Assembly: GCA_963835925.1 (NCBI GenBank)
Contig: CAWIHH010000004.1
Span: 377,289 to 441,288, forward strand
Reading direction: 5' to 3'
DNA: 64,000 nucleotides
Origin: Candidatus Bathyarchaeota archaeon
Lineage (GTDB): Archaea > Thermoproteota > Bathyarchaeia > 40CM-2-53-6
Shown: in pieces, positions 1 through 10,173 of the stretch
How positions within the stretch are numbered: the first letter of the stretch is position 1
Layout: every line of letters begins with the position of its first letter
Notes under the pieces: model-generated
Told to the model about the DNA's origin: nothing
The model's input: the letters and a program-made list of their open reading frames with translations, nothing else
Databases searched by the model: none
Program-made: the position numbers and the translations under genes

Positions 1-101
1 GGTTCATTTACCTTCAGCTTCGAGCAGAGGAGACAGTACGTAGCTTGCGCTAGAGCACACAGCAAAAAAAGAAGAAAAAGAAAGGAAGGGAAAAAGGCAG
101 C

Positions 102-1766
102 TTATTCGGGTGGAATCTCGGTGAAGATAGTTGTGTAGTCGACGTCTTTCTTGCCGTACTTGTAGTAGAAGTAGACAATGGCGCCTATCACACCAAGCAC
201 CACCGTCAGCGATAGGGTCTCATACTCCCCTGAGATAATCAAGTAGTCCAAGTATAGATTGGCGATGACACCAGCCATTCCGATTGCTGCGATCCCTGCC
301 TTTCCTCCAATCTTAATCGGGGACTTCTCGTAGATTTGAGGGCGTCTGTACGGGAGGACCACCAGTGCCAATGCGAAGAGGGTGAAGAAGACTGCGTCGA
401 AGAGATCTGTATTTTGAACTCCCGCCGAGAAGATCCAATCCAACCCGGATCCCAGCCATCCGCTTGGACTCCAGCTGCCACCCATACTTACTATTCCGGA
501 TTCGGATAAGCAGCCCAGTATACCGAATATACCTGTCACGATTGTTGCGTTGACTGGAGAGTGGAATCTTTCGTTGACACTTGCCATCGACGCTGGTAGC
601 ACTCTGTCGAAAGCCATGGCGAAAAGAATTCTGGACGCTGTGAGAATGAATGGAGGTATGTCATTGGCGACCCATAGCACACCGAAAATGAAGAGCAACC
701 AGTTCAGGCTGCTGAGTCCCATGCCGATCCCTGTAAAGGCAGCGACTGTTGTTGTCCAAGCCCTGGGGAGACCCGTCGGTGCGAGATTTCCTGCGCCGTA
801 TGAAAGCCATGCATATGCTTCAAAAAGCGACCAGGTGTGTCCGTTGGGCAATGTGATCCTGCCCACTGCCGCAGTCGCGAATGCACCGAATGATGATACG
901 ATCACGTACATGACCATTATCACAATTGATGATAGTATCAGGACCTTGGGTAGACTCTTGTTAGCTTCTTTGACTTCTCCCGCAACGAAAGTGGAGGCAG
1001 CATATCCGATATATGCAAAGTACGCACCTCCCATCGCCACACTTACGGCTGCCCAGTAGTCGGTTACACTGACTTTATCCATCCCTTGTTTGAGTGCTTC
1101 CGCAACAACTCCTTGCGGCGTTGCCATGCCGAACGTGTGCATTCCCGCCATCAATGCCGCTGGGTTAGCTACTGAACTGCCGAGGAGGTATAGGACGTAG
1201 ACAGTGAGAATTGCTGGGATCCAGAACATCACTTGCAGCAAATACCCTGCCATTCTTACTCCGAGACTGCCGATGGCTGTGAAGAGAATTAGCAATACCA
1301 TACCAGCGCCGAACAGTACAACGTCGCTCACCCCAACTGCTGAGATTCCGACTAATGGACCGAAGATGTAATAGACGCCTTCAAAGACAGCGACGCAGAT
1401 GATCCCGAAGGACCATGCGATGCTAAGGAACTCGAACCAAGAGCCGACGAACGCCCAACCTGGGCTTATGAGTCTGGAGATTGCGACGTAGCCTCCTCCT
1501 GAACGAGGCATTGCTGCAATGAGCACCGAGAATGCGAGTACTGAAAGCAGTATTACGATCCCACCGATAATGAAGGCCATGACCATTGGCGGTATTCCTG
1601 CAACCCAAAAGTTCTCAGGCAGCGGCGCTTTCCCTGTAAATTGGAAGACACGCTTCTGCCATCCGAGACCCATAGTATTGGCGAGTATGATGATCGCTGC
1701 TGTTAGCGGACCGATTTCCCTGACAAGCCCTGTTGCTTTACGTGCGAAAAGTTTCTTTTCCGACAA
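102..1766 (-). CDS. APC-superfamily amino acid/polyamine permease
   Basis: 554-aa ORF that is almost entirely hydrophobic, with about 12 helix-length segments. The N-terminal KATGLVREIGPLTA and the SGGGY region are typical of amino-acid permeases. The overlapping antisense ORFs in the track are shadows. Confidence 0.7.
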   Translation of the reverse strand: MSEKKLFARKATGLVREIGPLTAAIIILANTMGLGWQKRVFQFTGKAPLPENFWVAGIPPMVMAFIIGGIVILLSVLAFSVLIAAMPRSGGGYVAISRLISPGWAFVGSWFEFLSIAWSFGIICVAVFEGVYYIFGPLVGISAVGVSDVVLFGAGMVLLILFTAIGSLGVRMAGYLLQVMFWIPAILTVYVLYLLGSSVANPAALMAGMHTFGMATPQGVVAEALKQGMDKVSVTDYWAAVSVAMGGAYFAYIGYAASTFVAGEVKEANKSLPKVLILSSIVIMVMYVIVSSFGAFATAAVGRITLPNGHTWSLFEAYAWLSYGAGNLAPTGLPRAWTTTVAAFTGIGMGLSSLNWLLFIFGVLWVANDIPPFILTASRILFAMAFDRVLPASMASVNERFHSPVNATIVTGIFGILGCLSESGIVSMGGSWSPSGWLGSGLDWIFSAGVQNTDLFDAVFFTLFALALVVLPYRRPQIYEKSPIKIGGKAGIAAIGMAGVIANLYLDYLIISGEYETLSLTVVLGVIGAIVYFYYKYGKKDVDYTTIFTEIPPE

Positions 1767-2300
1767 TTTTCATCAGACGTATGTGGGCTGGCTGATGTGC
1801 ATTTAAAGGTTGACTATGGAAAAGCCGATCAAAAGAGCTTAAAAAGGCATCAAAAATATCCATTTTACATATTGGAGTGTTGCAGAGGAGTATTTTCCGT
1901 ACGATCCTACGTCAACCTCCATTTCCATTAGATTGACAGAGTCGACAACCTAGGTGCATAATTCAGTATTTCTCGAATCAGGCCCGGGCGCGAAGCGTAT
2001 TTCGGCCGTATTCCGGCCGGAACGGAAAACGTTCGAGTCAAATGACATATGAACGATTTGGGTAGACTATCTCTATCCTCCGGTTTTGTCCTCACTTAGA
2101 TTCTGCCGGGATGAGCTGCATATCATTTTCCATGATTGCGAAGAATTAACTAATGACGCTCTACAATTGCGGCAGGGACAAGGAGATTACATATACGTTG
2201 AGTTTTTCATCGTCGGAGCTGACAGAGTGTTGCAGCGCTCACAAGACTTAACGTCGTAGGGGTTCTTGTATGCGGGTCGGTCTACGGAGCGCCTGCACTG

Positions 2301-3706
2301 ATGGATAGCGACCGCCCTTCGTCGTCTGGGGAGACTTCTGCCCAGGGCATACCTGTCCACAGGCGCGTGAGCAAGTTACAGGGTTTGGCCGCTTTCTCGC
2401 CTGATGCATTGGCGTCGATTGGGTACGCTGACCAAGAAATCTACCTTGGCCTAGTCATTGCTGGAAGAGTAGGATTAGCATTCGCCGTTCCAATCGCCTT
2501 GGTCATCAGCGGATTACTTGCAGTGTTGGCAATGTCATATTATCAAGTCGTCCAGAAATTTCCGAGCGGCGGAGGCTCCTATGAAGTTGCGCGCACCACA
2601 TTGGGCACTGTACCGGGCTTGATTGCAGCAGCGGCTTTGATAGTGAACTATTTACTGAACGTGTCGGTGAGTCTTACGACCGGCGTGGACGCAATCGCGT
2701 CAGCCCTCCCCGAACTTTGGCCGCATACCGTTGAGCTTTCACTTCTGCTACTGGGAGCGATAACCATTCTGAACTTGAGGGGGATGCGGGAGAGCGGAAT
2801 AGTGATGGCGATTCCTGTCTACGTATTCCTTTTCGCCTACTTGCCTATGCTTGGGTTAGGAGGGGTGCGCCTATCTATAACCGGCCCGATTTCGCTTAGC
2901 TCAGCTCCGCCAGCCATTCAACCCCTAACCACAGCTCTACTGTTGCACACCTTCTCGACCGTTTCACAGCAATGACTGGGATTGAAGCAATCAGTAACGG
3001 TATACCATCCTTTCGACCTCCGGAAACGAAGAACGCCGGCCAAACCATGATTGCCATGGCACTTCTAATGGGCATATTGTTTCTGGGGAGTATTGGACTG
3101 ATCCAATACCTTGCAATTGTCGCGGGCCCCAATGAAACGATTCTATCCGCACTCGCGCGTCGTTTACTGGGCAGCGGCTTGGCATACTTCTTCATTCAAG
3201 CCAGTACGATGATTCTTTTGACCGTTGGAGCGAACACTAGTTTTGCAGGCTTACCGCGGCTTATGAGCGTAATGGCAAACGATGGCTATCTTCCAAAGCG
3301 ACTAGCCAAGGCGAATTCACGATCGGTCTTTGCCGACGGAATCCTTCTTCTAGCAGTTTCGTCAGGATTGTTAATCGTGTTCTTTTCTGGGAGTAGTCAC
3401 GCGTTAATTCCCCTCTTTGCAGTGGGGGTTTTCCTAGCTTGGACGCTCTCACAGACTGGAATGGTGATGATTTGGCGGCGCGAGCGGAGCAAAGGCTGGA
3501 GACTCAAGGCGTTGTTGAATGGTACAGGAGCACTGGCAACTGGGGTCACATTTGTCATCGTGGGATCAAGCAAGTTCTTTGATGGAGCCTGGATCGCTGT
3601 TCTGCTGATCCCAATTCTAGTTGCTCTATTTCTCCAAATTCACGGCCGGGGCAGAGAGGAGAACGCGCAATCGCAGATCGATGAGAATCTGTCGAAAGCT
3701 ACTTGA
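2301..3706 (+). CDS. APC-superfamily permease; frame broken once (ORF fragments 2301-2975 and 2972-3706)
   Basis: The first fragment has FPSGGGSYEVAR and several helices and ends LLLHTFSTVSQQ*. The other frame continues ..FTAMTGIEAISNGIPSFRPPETKNA, a conserved permease motif that normally follows directly. The two fragments abut, so this is one gene with an indel near 2955-2972. Confidence 0.7.
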
Positions 3707-3804
3707 CCAGGGCAATCTACCGTAGCGGACACACAGAATGGCGTCCTACTTCTGCGGCAGATCACGTACCGAACACTACAGATCAGCCTGTGTCATGTTC
3801 TGGT

Positions 3805-4035
3805 TCACTTAGGGCGTAGCAGTGTAAGCACCAAGAACAAGACTGGGAACATTAGCAGTATCAGAATGAAAGTGTACTTTTTCTTTCGTTCAGCGCGTTT
3901 GAATTGGTCCTCGCAGTTTGGTCCACAGAATTCCTTCTCCATTGAGATTGGAGTTGCGCAGACGATACAGTGCCTGTGCTTAGGAACGCTGGATTTCTGC
4001 TGCTCTGGTTTGAGGTACTTGGACATTTGAGTCAT
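3805..4035 (-). CDS. DUF2116-like zinc-ribbon protein with C-terminal membrane helix
   Basis: 76 aa. Has HCIVCATPIsmekeFCGPNCEDQF (CxxC..CxxxC), followed by a KKK stretch and one hydrophobic helix. This layout matches the archaeal DUF2116 family as I remember it. Confidence 0.5.
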   Translation of the reverse strand: MTQMSKYLKPEQQKSSVPKHRHCIVCATPISMEKEFCGPNCEDQFKRAERKKKYTFILILLMFPVLFLVLTLLRPK

Positions 4036-4264
4036 TTGTAGCTTCGTTCTGTTGCTAATAAATGTGCTAAATCGGCGGTGTTAGAATTTGGTTTGAAACA
4101 ACAAATTCCCGCGGCTGCACGATTTTGCAGAGCGAATGTTTAGTGAGAAATGAACGAATAATCCGAGCTCCTTGATGGCTATTCAACTACAATGCACAGT
4201 AATTGCACGTTGGTATTGTCGAAATCGTTAAAAAGGCACCTCGACTCATGCTCGGCGATTCGTT

Positions 4265-4387
4265 ATGACCATTGTGGGATATTTCAAGGCGCACCCGAAC
4301 CGGATTGGAATGACCATCGGATTCTTCTTGCTGCTGGTTATCGCCATATTTATCGCGCTACATCAGCAAGCACCTCCACCTCCCTGA
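4265..4387 (+). CDS. possible 40-aa single-helix membrane peptide
   Basis: ATG ORF MTIVGYFKAHPNRIGMTIGFFLLLVIAIFIALHQQAPPPP*. It is below the ORF-track size cutoff, sits in an otherwise empty 550-nt gap, and has no homology argument. Confidence 0.2.
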   Translation: MTIVGYFKAHPNRIGMTIGFFLLLVIAIFIALHQQAPPPP

Positions 4388-4593
4388 ACCGATCGGTCGT
4401 TACATGCCTTCAATTTACCTGAATTTTTCAATAGGCCTTTGTTGATAAATCACGTACCCTTTTTTGCCGGAGCCAGCGCGATCACTCATCACGAAGAAGA
4501 GGACGCCGATAAAGTCGAGCCTGTTTTACGCCATCATATGATAAGGTAACAGCGCCGCCCAAGCAGGGTACTGACGGGTTGAATTTTCGGAAG

Positions 4594-4788
4594 CTATGAG
4601 GGGGCTTCCTTTCGCTCACGCCAGAATTTGCCCTCTTCCTCAGCCAACCCCTCGTGACGTCGCTCCCACGTCATATGAGTCAGATAATCCTCTTTACAGA
4701 ACAGTTTCCCGCAGTACTCGCATTTCTCAAGTTCGCTGAATTCTTTTCCGCACGTTGTGCACTCGGCCAACTTACAGCGCCCAACCAA
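4594..4788 (-). CDS. small AN1-like zinc-finger protein
   Basis: 64 aa with C-x2-C-x9-C-x2-C-x4-C...H spacing (CTTCGKEFSELEKCEYCGKLFCKEDYLTH). TTG start immediately after an in-frame stop. Confidence 0.45.
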   Translation of the reverse strand: MVGRCKLAECTTCGKEFSELEKCEYCGKLFCKEDYLTHMTWERRHEGLAEEEGKFWRERKEAPS

Positions 4789-5237
4789 TTATGCATCGTT
4801 CCAACATTAAAGGTATCACGCTTCGAGCACATCCCGAATATTCGACCGATTACGACCGCTAGAGTCCAGGGTGAGAGTTCATTCCGCATCATTCCGCTTG
4901 ATTTTCATGTAAACGGTGAGGTTGGAATAAGGATCCTCATACATCGCTCACATTTCTTGGCCTCAATTCTTTCTGGGACCATCTTGCCTAGGTTCAAGAT
5001 TATCGGGATGTCCGTGTGGCCCAAGAAGAAGCATTGAAGCCTCTTGGAAAGCTGTTGTAAGTTCATCATCTCCCCATCGTTATGAGGACGAAATATATCA
5101 TTGTGGAGTTTTTGTTCAATTATTTTTCGCACTGCATATGAGCATTACGGGCAGCGTCTTGGATAGGGTTACGCCAGTTCCGAGGCCTCGTGGAGCATTT
5201 ATGTTAAAAGTAGGTAGTGGGCAGATACTTCTAGCAA

Positions 5238-6056
5238 ATGGGGCCTCTGCGTTTGAAGTGCGAGAGGTGTGGTGTCGAAGTTGATCTTCCTTTCAGGTGC
5301 AACTATTGCGAAAACTACTATTGCCCTGAGCACAGGCTCCCCGAGAATCATGATTGCGCCGAATCTTGGCTAGTGAAAGCTGTCAGATCAGCTAGGACTG
5401 GGACTTCGCCAGTGCAACTGGCGTCGAAAGCTGGGAACGTGCTATCTCGTCCCCAACTACCCGCGATGCGATTTAGTCAAACAGAGATCCGGCACCTGGT
5501 GGTCGGAACGATACTGGTCACTCTGGCGGGAATCTCTTTCTTTTTGGGAAGCCCTTCGTCGGTCGGCATTTTCGGACTGGTTCTCTCTTCAATCTTCTTC
5601 GCTATGGGTTTCATCTTGCACGAGCTCGCTCACAAGTACGTAGCTCAAGGTTACGGGCTGTGGGCTGAATTTCGACTAAACATGACGGGATTATTGCTTA
5701 CCGCGATATCGATTGTTTCACCGATCAAATTCATCGCCCCGGGCGCGATGATGATAGGCGGTTTCGCTGATCGGGAGCGTATGGGTCGAACTGCTTTTGC
5801 TGGACCGTTGGTCAACGTGATAATAGCGAGCGCTCTTTTGATCGTGTTGCCGGCTGTTAGAACAACGGGTTTCTACAACGCGGTGATTGCAGGTGCAGCT
5901 ATCAACGCCTTTCTTGCGCTTTTCAACTTGATCCCATTTGCAGTGTTTGATGGGCGAAAAGTCTACGCGTGGAACCGCGTCTATTGGGCCGCTCTGCTCC
6001 TCGTTTCGCTGGGCTTAACGATTTATGCGTATTTCGTTTTGGGGCCTTTCTCTTAG
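5238..6056 (+). CDS. M50 (site-2 protease) family metalloprotease with N-terminal AN1 zinc finger
   Basis: Complete AN1 pattern CERCGVEVDLPFRCNYCENYYCPEHRLPENHDC. This is followed by a polytopic domain with HELAHKY (HExxH) and NLIPFAVFDG (NxxPxxxxDG). Confidence 0.8.
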   Translation: MGPLRLKCERCGVEVDLPFRCNYCENYYCPEHRLPENHDCAESWLVKAVRSARTGTSPVQLASKAGNVLSRPQLPAMRFSQTEIRHLVVGTILVTLAGISFFLGSPSSVGIFGLVLSSIFFAMGFILHELAHKYVAQGYGLWAEFRLNMTGLLLTAISIVSPIKFIAPGAMMIGGFADRERMGRTAFAGPLVNVIIASALLIVLPAVRTTGFYNAVIAGAAINAFLALFNLIPFAVFDGRKVYAWNRVYWAALLLVSLGLTIYAYFVLGPFS

Positions 6057-6064
6057 CCGCAGCG

Positions 6065-6274
6065 TCAGTCTCTCAGCAGTCGGATTAGCAAGAAGATGCC
6101 AACAAGAAAAACGGCAAGTGCAATTATGGCAGCAGCTGAGATCGGTATTTTCAGCCTACTCATCATTATATCTGCCAAATAACTCGGAGACATTATCATG
6201 ACTACTGACACAAGCGCGACCATGAAGTCTCGGGGTCCTCGTTTTCTCGGTTGCACTTGAGATTTTTCTGCCAA
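6065..6274 (-). CDS. small two-helix membrane protein, unknown function
   Basis: 69-aa ORF with two hydrophobic helices, lying convergent to the M50 gene. Confidence 0.35.
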   Translation of the reverse strand: MAEKSQVQPRKRGPRDFMVALVSVVMIMSPSYLADIMMSRLKIPISAAAIIALAVFLVGIFLLIRLLRD

Positions 6275-6336
6275 CCATGTTCACCTGTGAAACTGACTAG
6301 GTCCCTGGTTCCGTCAAATAAAAACTTCCCATAGGC

Positions 6337-6342
6337 TTTATA
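6337..6342 (+). promoter_or_regulatory. TATA-box-like element upstream of gdhA
   Basis: TTTATA lies 51-56 nt upstream of the gdhA ATG. A GGTGA Shine-Dalgarno-like element lies about 11-15 nt before the start. Confidence 0.35.
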
Positions 6343-6392
6343 CAGAGTTATGTTTTGCACTATCTTCAATCCAATTTAGTTGGTGAAAAGGA

Positions 6393-7754
6393 ATGGATGA
6401 TTATGTCTCAAAACTTATGGCCGAAGTAAAGGCCAAGAACGCTGGCGAACCTGAGTTCTATCAAACTGTTCAGGAAGTAGCTGAGTCACTCACTCTCGTG
6501 TTTGAGCGTCGCCCCGCATACCGGGAAGCCAAAATTCTCGAACGTATCATCGAGCCGGAACGCGTGATCATGTTCCGAGTACCATGGCAGGATGACCGCG
6601 GCCATTTTCAATTGAACCGCGGGTTCCGGATTGAAATGAACAGCGCGCTCGGCCCCTACAAGGGTGGTTTGAGATTCCACCCCTCCGTTTACCTTGGGAT
6701 TCTCAAGTTCCTGGCCTTTGAGCAAGTTCTCAAGAACTCACTGACCACCCTTCCCATGGGAGGCGGCAAGGGGGGCTCGGACTTTGACCCGAAGGGGAAG
6801 AGCGACAACGAGGTTATGCGTTTCTGCCAGAGCTTTATGAACGAACTGTTCCGCCATATCGGTCCAAACACCGACGTTCCCGCGGGCGATATTGGAGTTG
6901 GCGGTCGCGAGATCGGCTTTTTGTTCGGCCAGTACAAGCGGCTCAAGAATGAGTTTACCGGAGTTTTGACTGGCAAAGGGCTCAACTGGGGCGGTTCCCT
7001 AATTCGACCGGAGGCTACCGGCTACGGCTCAGTTTACTTCGCACAGGAGATGCTCAGGACTCGCGGTGAGACACTTAAGGACAAGATCGCACTGGTCTCC
7101 GGCAGCGGCAACGTTGCCCAATACACAGTCGAAAAGCTACTTGATTTGGGAGCCAAGCCTGTAACATTATCGGACTCAAACGGCTTCATCTACGACCAAG
7201 ACGGAATTAACCGCGAAAAACTCGACTTCGTGATGGAACTGAAAAACGTTCGTCGCGGTAGAATCAAAGAGTACGCGGACAAGTTCAAGTCCGCTAAGTA
7301 CACACCCATTAACACGAGCTTGGATTACAACCCGATCTGGGATATCAAAGCGCAGTGTGCGTTCCCTAGCGCGACCCAGAACGAGATCAACATAAAGGAT
7401 GCTGCCAATCTATTGAAGAACGGAGTCTACGTTGTTTGCGAAGGGGCAAACATGCCTTCAACCTTGGAAGCAACGAGGATGTTTCTAGAGCGCAAAATCC
7501 TCTACGGGCCCGCTAAGGCGGCGAACGCGGGGGGCGTAGCCACATCCGGCCTCGAAATGTCGCAGAACAGCTTGCGAATGAATTGGACTCGCGAGGAGGT
7601 TGATTCCAAGCTACATGACATCATGGTTAAGATCCACAAGAACTGCTTCGAAACTGCCGCCCTCTTCGGCACGCCGGGCAATCTTGTCAACGGCGCCAAC
7701 ATCGCAGGCTTCATAAAAGTTGCCGACGCCATGATGGACCAAGGTCTCGTTTAA
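6393..7754 (+). CDS. gdhA: glutamate dehydrogenase (hexameric ~450-aa GdhA type)
   Basis: 453 aa with the hallmark KGGLRFHPSV, LPMGGGKGGSDFDPKGKS and DVPAGDIGVGGREIG. The C-terminal NAGGVATSGLEM is also present. Confidence 0.95.
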   Translation: MDDYVSKLMAEVKAKNAGEPEFYQTVQEVAESLTLVFERRPAYREAKILERIIEPERVIMFRVPWQDDRGHFQLNRGFRIEMNSALGPYKGGLRFHPSVYLGILKFLAFEQVLKNSLTTLPMGGGKGGSDFDPKGKSDNEVMRFCQSFMNELFRHIGPNTDVPAGDIGVGGREIGFLFGQYKRLKNEFTGVLTGKGLNWGGSLIRPEATGYGSVYFAQEMLRTRGETLKDKIALVSGSGNVAQYTVEKLLDLGAKPVTLSDSNGFIYDQDGINREKLDFVMELKNVRRGRIKEYADKFKSAKYTPINTSLDYNPIWDIKAQCAFPSATQNEINIKDAANLLKNGVYVVCEGANMPSTLEATRMFLERKILYGPAKAANAGGVATSGLEMSQNSLRMNWTREEVDSKLHDIMVKIHKNCFETAALFGTPGNLVNGANIAGFIKVADAMMDQGLV

Positions 7755-7812
7755 CCACCAGCAAGAACGAGGCAACCTAGCCTGACCTCATCTCGCTCCT
7801 AGGTGACAATAA

Positions 7813-8199
7813 GTGAAAATCCTGCATACCTGTCTAAACGTCTCCGACATCAATCGTTCTGTGGATTTCTACACAAACGAACTTGGCCTGAAGCTAACGG
7901 GTAGGCGCGAGGTGAAACAGAACGATGCCGAAATCGCTTTCCTGAAAGATGAAAGCGGAACGGCCATAGAGTTGACTCACTGGCGCTACAAGAAAGCCTT
8001 GACCGAAGGCGACAATTTTGACCACATAGCGTTCGGAGTGGGGGATGTCCGATCGGTAGTCGAACAGCTTAGGGGAAGAGGGGTTACAATAGCAATGGAA
8101 CCCTTCTCCCTCCAGGGTTCTTCCTCAAAGATTGCGTTCATCAAGGACCCTGACGGGAACTGGCTGGAACTCATTGAGGCAGAGCAGTCCCATCAATAA
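7813..8199 (+). CDS. VOC/glyoxalase I family protein (lactoylglutathione lyase-like)
   Basis: 128 aa, GTG start. Has the HTCLNVSDINRSVDFYTNELGLK beginning and the FIKDPDGNWLELIE end typical of glyoxalase I / VOC proteins. Confidence 0.75.
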   Translation: MKILHTCLNVSDINRSVDFYTNELGLKLTGRREVKQNDAEIAFLKDESGTAIELTHWRYKKALTEGDNFDHIAFGVGDVRSVVEQLRGRGVTIAMEPFSLQGSSSKIAFIKDPDGNWLELIEAEQSHQ

Positions 8200-9034
8200 T
8201 TGATTCAGGCCTGTTGAACCGTTCATCATGGAGCTCCTTGGTCTGCTCCACGGTCCGAATAATTTTCTGTGCGAAAGTCATGTATCCCGTATGTCCGACC
8301 ATGATGGTCGCAGGCCTGGTTTTCCCGGTGTCTGCTCGGATATCTCTTATGAAACATTCAATCGTGTGAACGTTCACGAATCCTCCATGTGCGAAGGCTT
8401 CTGTGGTCTTCTCCACTTGATTGACCGTTGGGCTGAACGAGACAACGGCCGCTCCGCCCAACAGAGCTTTGTGTACGTGGGGGATTATTGGCCAGGGGTC
8501 GCCTACATCAATTACGGCCGCGTGGAATTCTGACCCTTCGATGCCGTCACGTGCGTCAGCATTGTGGATTGTAACGTGTTCCAGAACCGATGCTCTCTTC
8601 AAGTTTCGCTCAGCTATTTCAGCGAACTCCTTTCGAGCCTCATAGGTGTGTACGTGACCACTCGGCCTGACTGACATGGCTGCTGCAACTGTCATTGCAC
8701 CGCTTCCAGTACCTATCTCCAATACTTTCAATCCAGATGTCAGTCCCAGCTTGAGAATAATGAGACCGATATCCTTGGGGTACATGATCTGAGTCTTGCG
8801 AGCGCTGTGCATTACGAGATCATGCGTTGTAGGTCTTAGAGCCCAGAAGGCGTACCCGAGGGAGCTCTTAACTTCGCTTCCAAACGGTTTCTCCAACAGT
8901 TCAGCTAGGTTGACGAAGCCCTTGTGTGTGTGAAATTGCCTGTCTTTGTCAACGCGTAGAAGCCACTGGCGCCTCAAGTCAAAGTATAGAAGTATGATCG
9001 ATCCTTCCGCAATCGAGTTGCTGCTGTCTGACAT
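8171..9034 (-). CDS. trmI: tRNA (adenine-N1)-methyltransferase TrmI/GCD14 family
   Basis: 287 aa. Has TQIMYPKDIGLIILKLGLTSGLKVLEIGTGSGAMT (the SAM-binding GxGxG) preceded by the small N-terminal beta domain typical of TrmI. Confidence 0.75.
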   Translation of the reverse strand: MSDSSNSIAEGSIILLYFDLRRQWLLRVDKDRQFHTHKGFVNLAELLEKPFGSEVKSSLGYAFWALRPTTHDLVMHSARKTQIMYPKDIGLIILKLGLTSGLKVLEIGTGSGAMTVAAAMSVRPSGHVHTYEARKEFAEIAERNLKRASVLEHVTIHNADARDGIEGSEFHAAVIDVGDPWPIIPHVHKALLGGAAVVSFSPTVNQVEKTTEAFAHGGFVNVHTIECFIRDIRADTGKTRPATIMVGHTGYMTFAQKIIRTVEQTKELHDERFNRPESIIDGTALPQ

Positions 9035-9035
9035 G

Positions 9036-9518
9036 TTAAATCCCCGTGGATGCTCCGTGAAATCGCCTCGCTAGACTTCTGCCTTGTTGGGCAGGTACGA
9101 AATGGATAAGAAAGGACTTGGGCGTGTCCCCCCAGGTTATTGCGACGTCAACAAACAGCGCGTAGCCAACAGTAGGGATCGCGAACAGAACTGTAGCGAG
9201 CAGGGCAACGGTACCGAATGTTTCCCTTTGCCATGTCGAAAGATTGAACAAGAACCAGAGAGCGTTGTATCTGACTAGAATGGTTGCGATAGCTGCCAAA
9301 GCCGTGAATCCCGCGAATGGAACGATGCTTCTGCGTCGAACAATTACCGCGGCTACTTTTTGGATCGGGAGTTCGTAAAAGTCCGCCTTCCCAGACAGTG
9401 CCTTCTTGATAATCATCTTGTCAGATCGCAGAGTCACTGTATAGTTGACGCCCTTGCACGTGAATTCCTTGACCTCAGACAATTGTGAAACCTTGGCTGT
9501 TTGCGCATTCAGGCTCAC
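9036..9518 (-). CDS. membrane protein with N-terminal soluble (PH-like?) module, unknown function
   Basis: 160 aa: about 60 soluble residues followed by three hydrophobic helices. It is tightly packed between trmI and the HAD gene. Confidence 0.4.
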   Translation of the reverse strand: MSLNAQTAKVSQLSEVKEFTCKGVNYTVTLRSDKMIIKKALSGKADFYELPIQKVAAVIVRRRSIVPFAGFTALAAIATILVRYNALWFLFNLSTWQRETFGTVALLATVLFAIPTVGYALFVDVAITWGDTPKSFLIHFVPAQQGRSLARRFHGASTGI

Positions 9519-9527
9519 TCGTAGATA

Positions 9528-10160
9528 TCAGATGAGGTATTGAAGAATTCTGGTCAGGTTGTCCTCATCAATTATGACGTTTGCCTGTTGCCTAGCGATG
9601 TCATTTTTTGGTTTGAAAGCAATTCTGAGACACTCCGGTTGCGCTAGGTCAAAAGCTTGATCCCCTATCAATGCGACTTCATCCAATGGGATACCTAGAT
9701 CTGTTGCGATTTGTTCTACGATTTGCTTCTTTTCGTTGACAGCGACCTTTACCGTGATTTTGCCGGTAAGATGGCCATCGTTGGTCTGAAGCTCGTTGGA
9801 AAGCGTGAGGTCGGCGCCTAGTTCTCTTGCAGCCTTGTCCGCTAGGAAAGATAGACCAGCGCTGACTATGGCGGTTTTCACTTTCCTCTTCTTTAGAGAC
9901 TGGAAAACCTCTCGAACTCCCTGACGGTACGGTATCTGTTCTAGCACTTTCATTATTCTAGAAATTGGAGCGCCAGTCCAACACTTGGCATCGGTCTCTG
10001 CCCACTCTTTGTAGGAAATCTCTCCCCGTTTGTATTTCTGTGCCGCGATCTTCCCCTGATCCCAGGTTCCAAACTCTTCGTGAAGATATTCCCACAAGCT
10101 TTCCACTGTGGTCAATGTCCCGTCCAAATCGAAAACAGCCAATCTAATTCTTCGGCCCAT
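9528..10160 (-). CDS. HAD-IB family phosphatase (phosphoserine phosphatase-like)
   Basis: 210 aa. Carries motif I (VFDLDGTLT), a helical cap with KYKRGEISYKEW, motif III (K..AIVSAG) and motif IV (GDQAFD). Confidence 0.7.
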   Translation of the reverse strand: MGRRIRLAVFDLDGTLTTVESLWEYLHEEFGTWDQGKIAAQKYKRGEISYKEWAETDAKCWTGAPISRIMKVLEQIPYRQGVREVFQSLKKRKVKTAIVSAGLSFLADKAARELGADLTLSNELQTNDGHLTGKITVKVAVNEKKQIVEQIATDLGIPLDEVALIGDQAFDLAQPECLRIAFKPKNDIARQQANVIIDEDNLTRILQYLI

Positions 10161-10173
10161 TGAATGTTGCCCC

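Noticed and set aside
550-1059. Many ORF-track entries lie antisense to or nested in long genes (for example 550-1059, 13311-13871, 21919-22287, 23910-24443, 50287-50892, 55745-56308).
   Set aside because: They lie opposite strongly supported conserved genes, have odd composition (Arg/Ser/Pro-rich) and show no motifs. I treat them as shadow ORFs.
1985-2030. A GC-rich stretch with duplicated CGGCCG (..tttcggccgtattccggccgga..) upstream of the split permease.
   Set aside because: A short self-complementary hexamer repeated once, with no further structure or coding signal, is not enough to call a regulatory site.
4905-5132. A 75-aa minus-strand ORF (MRKIIEQKLHND...KCERCMRILIPTSPFT) between the two AN1-containing genes, possibly a fragment of a frameshifted gene.
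   Set aside because: I could not join it to neighbouring frames into a recognisable protein, and an in-frame stop separates it from the 64-aa AN1-like ORF. Left unannotated.
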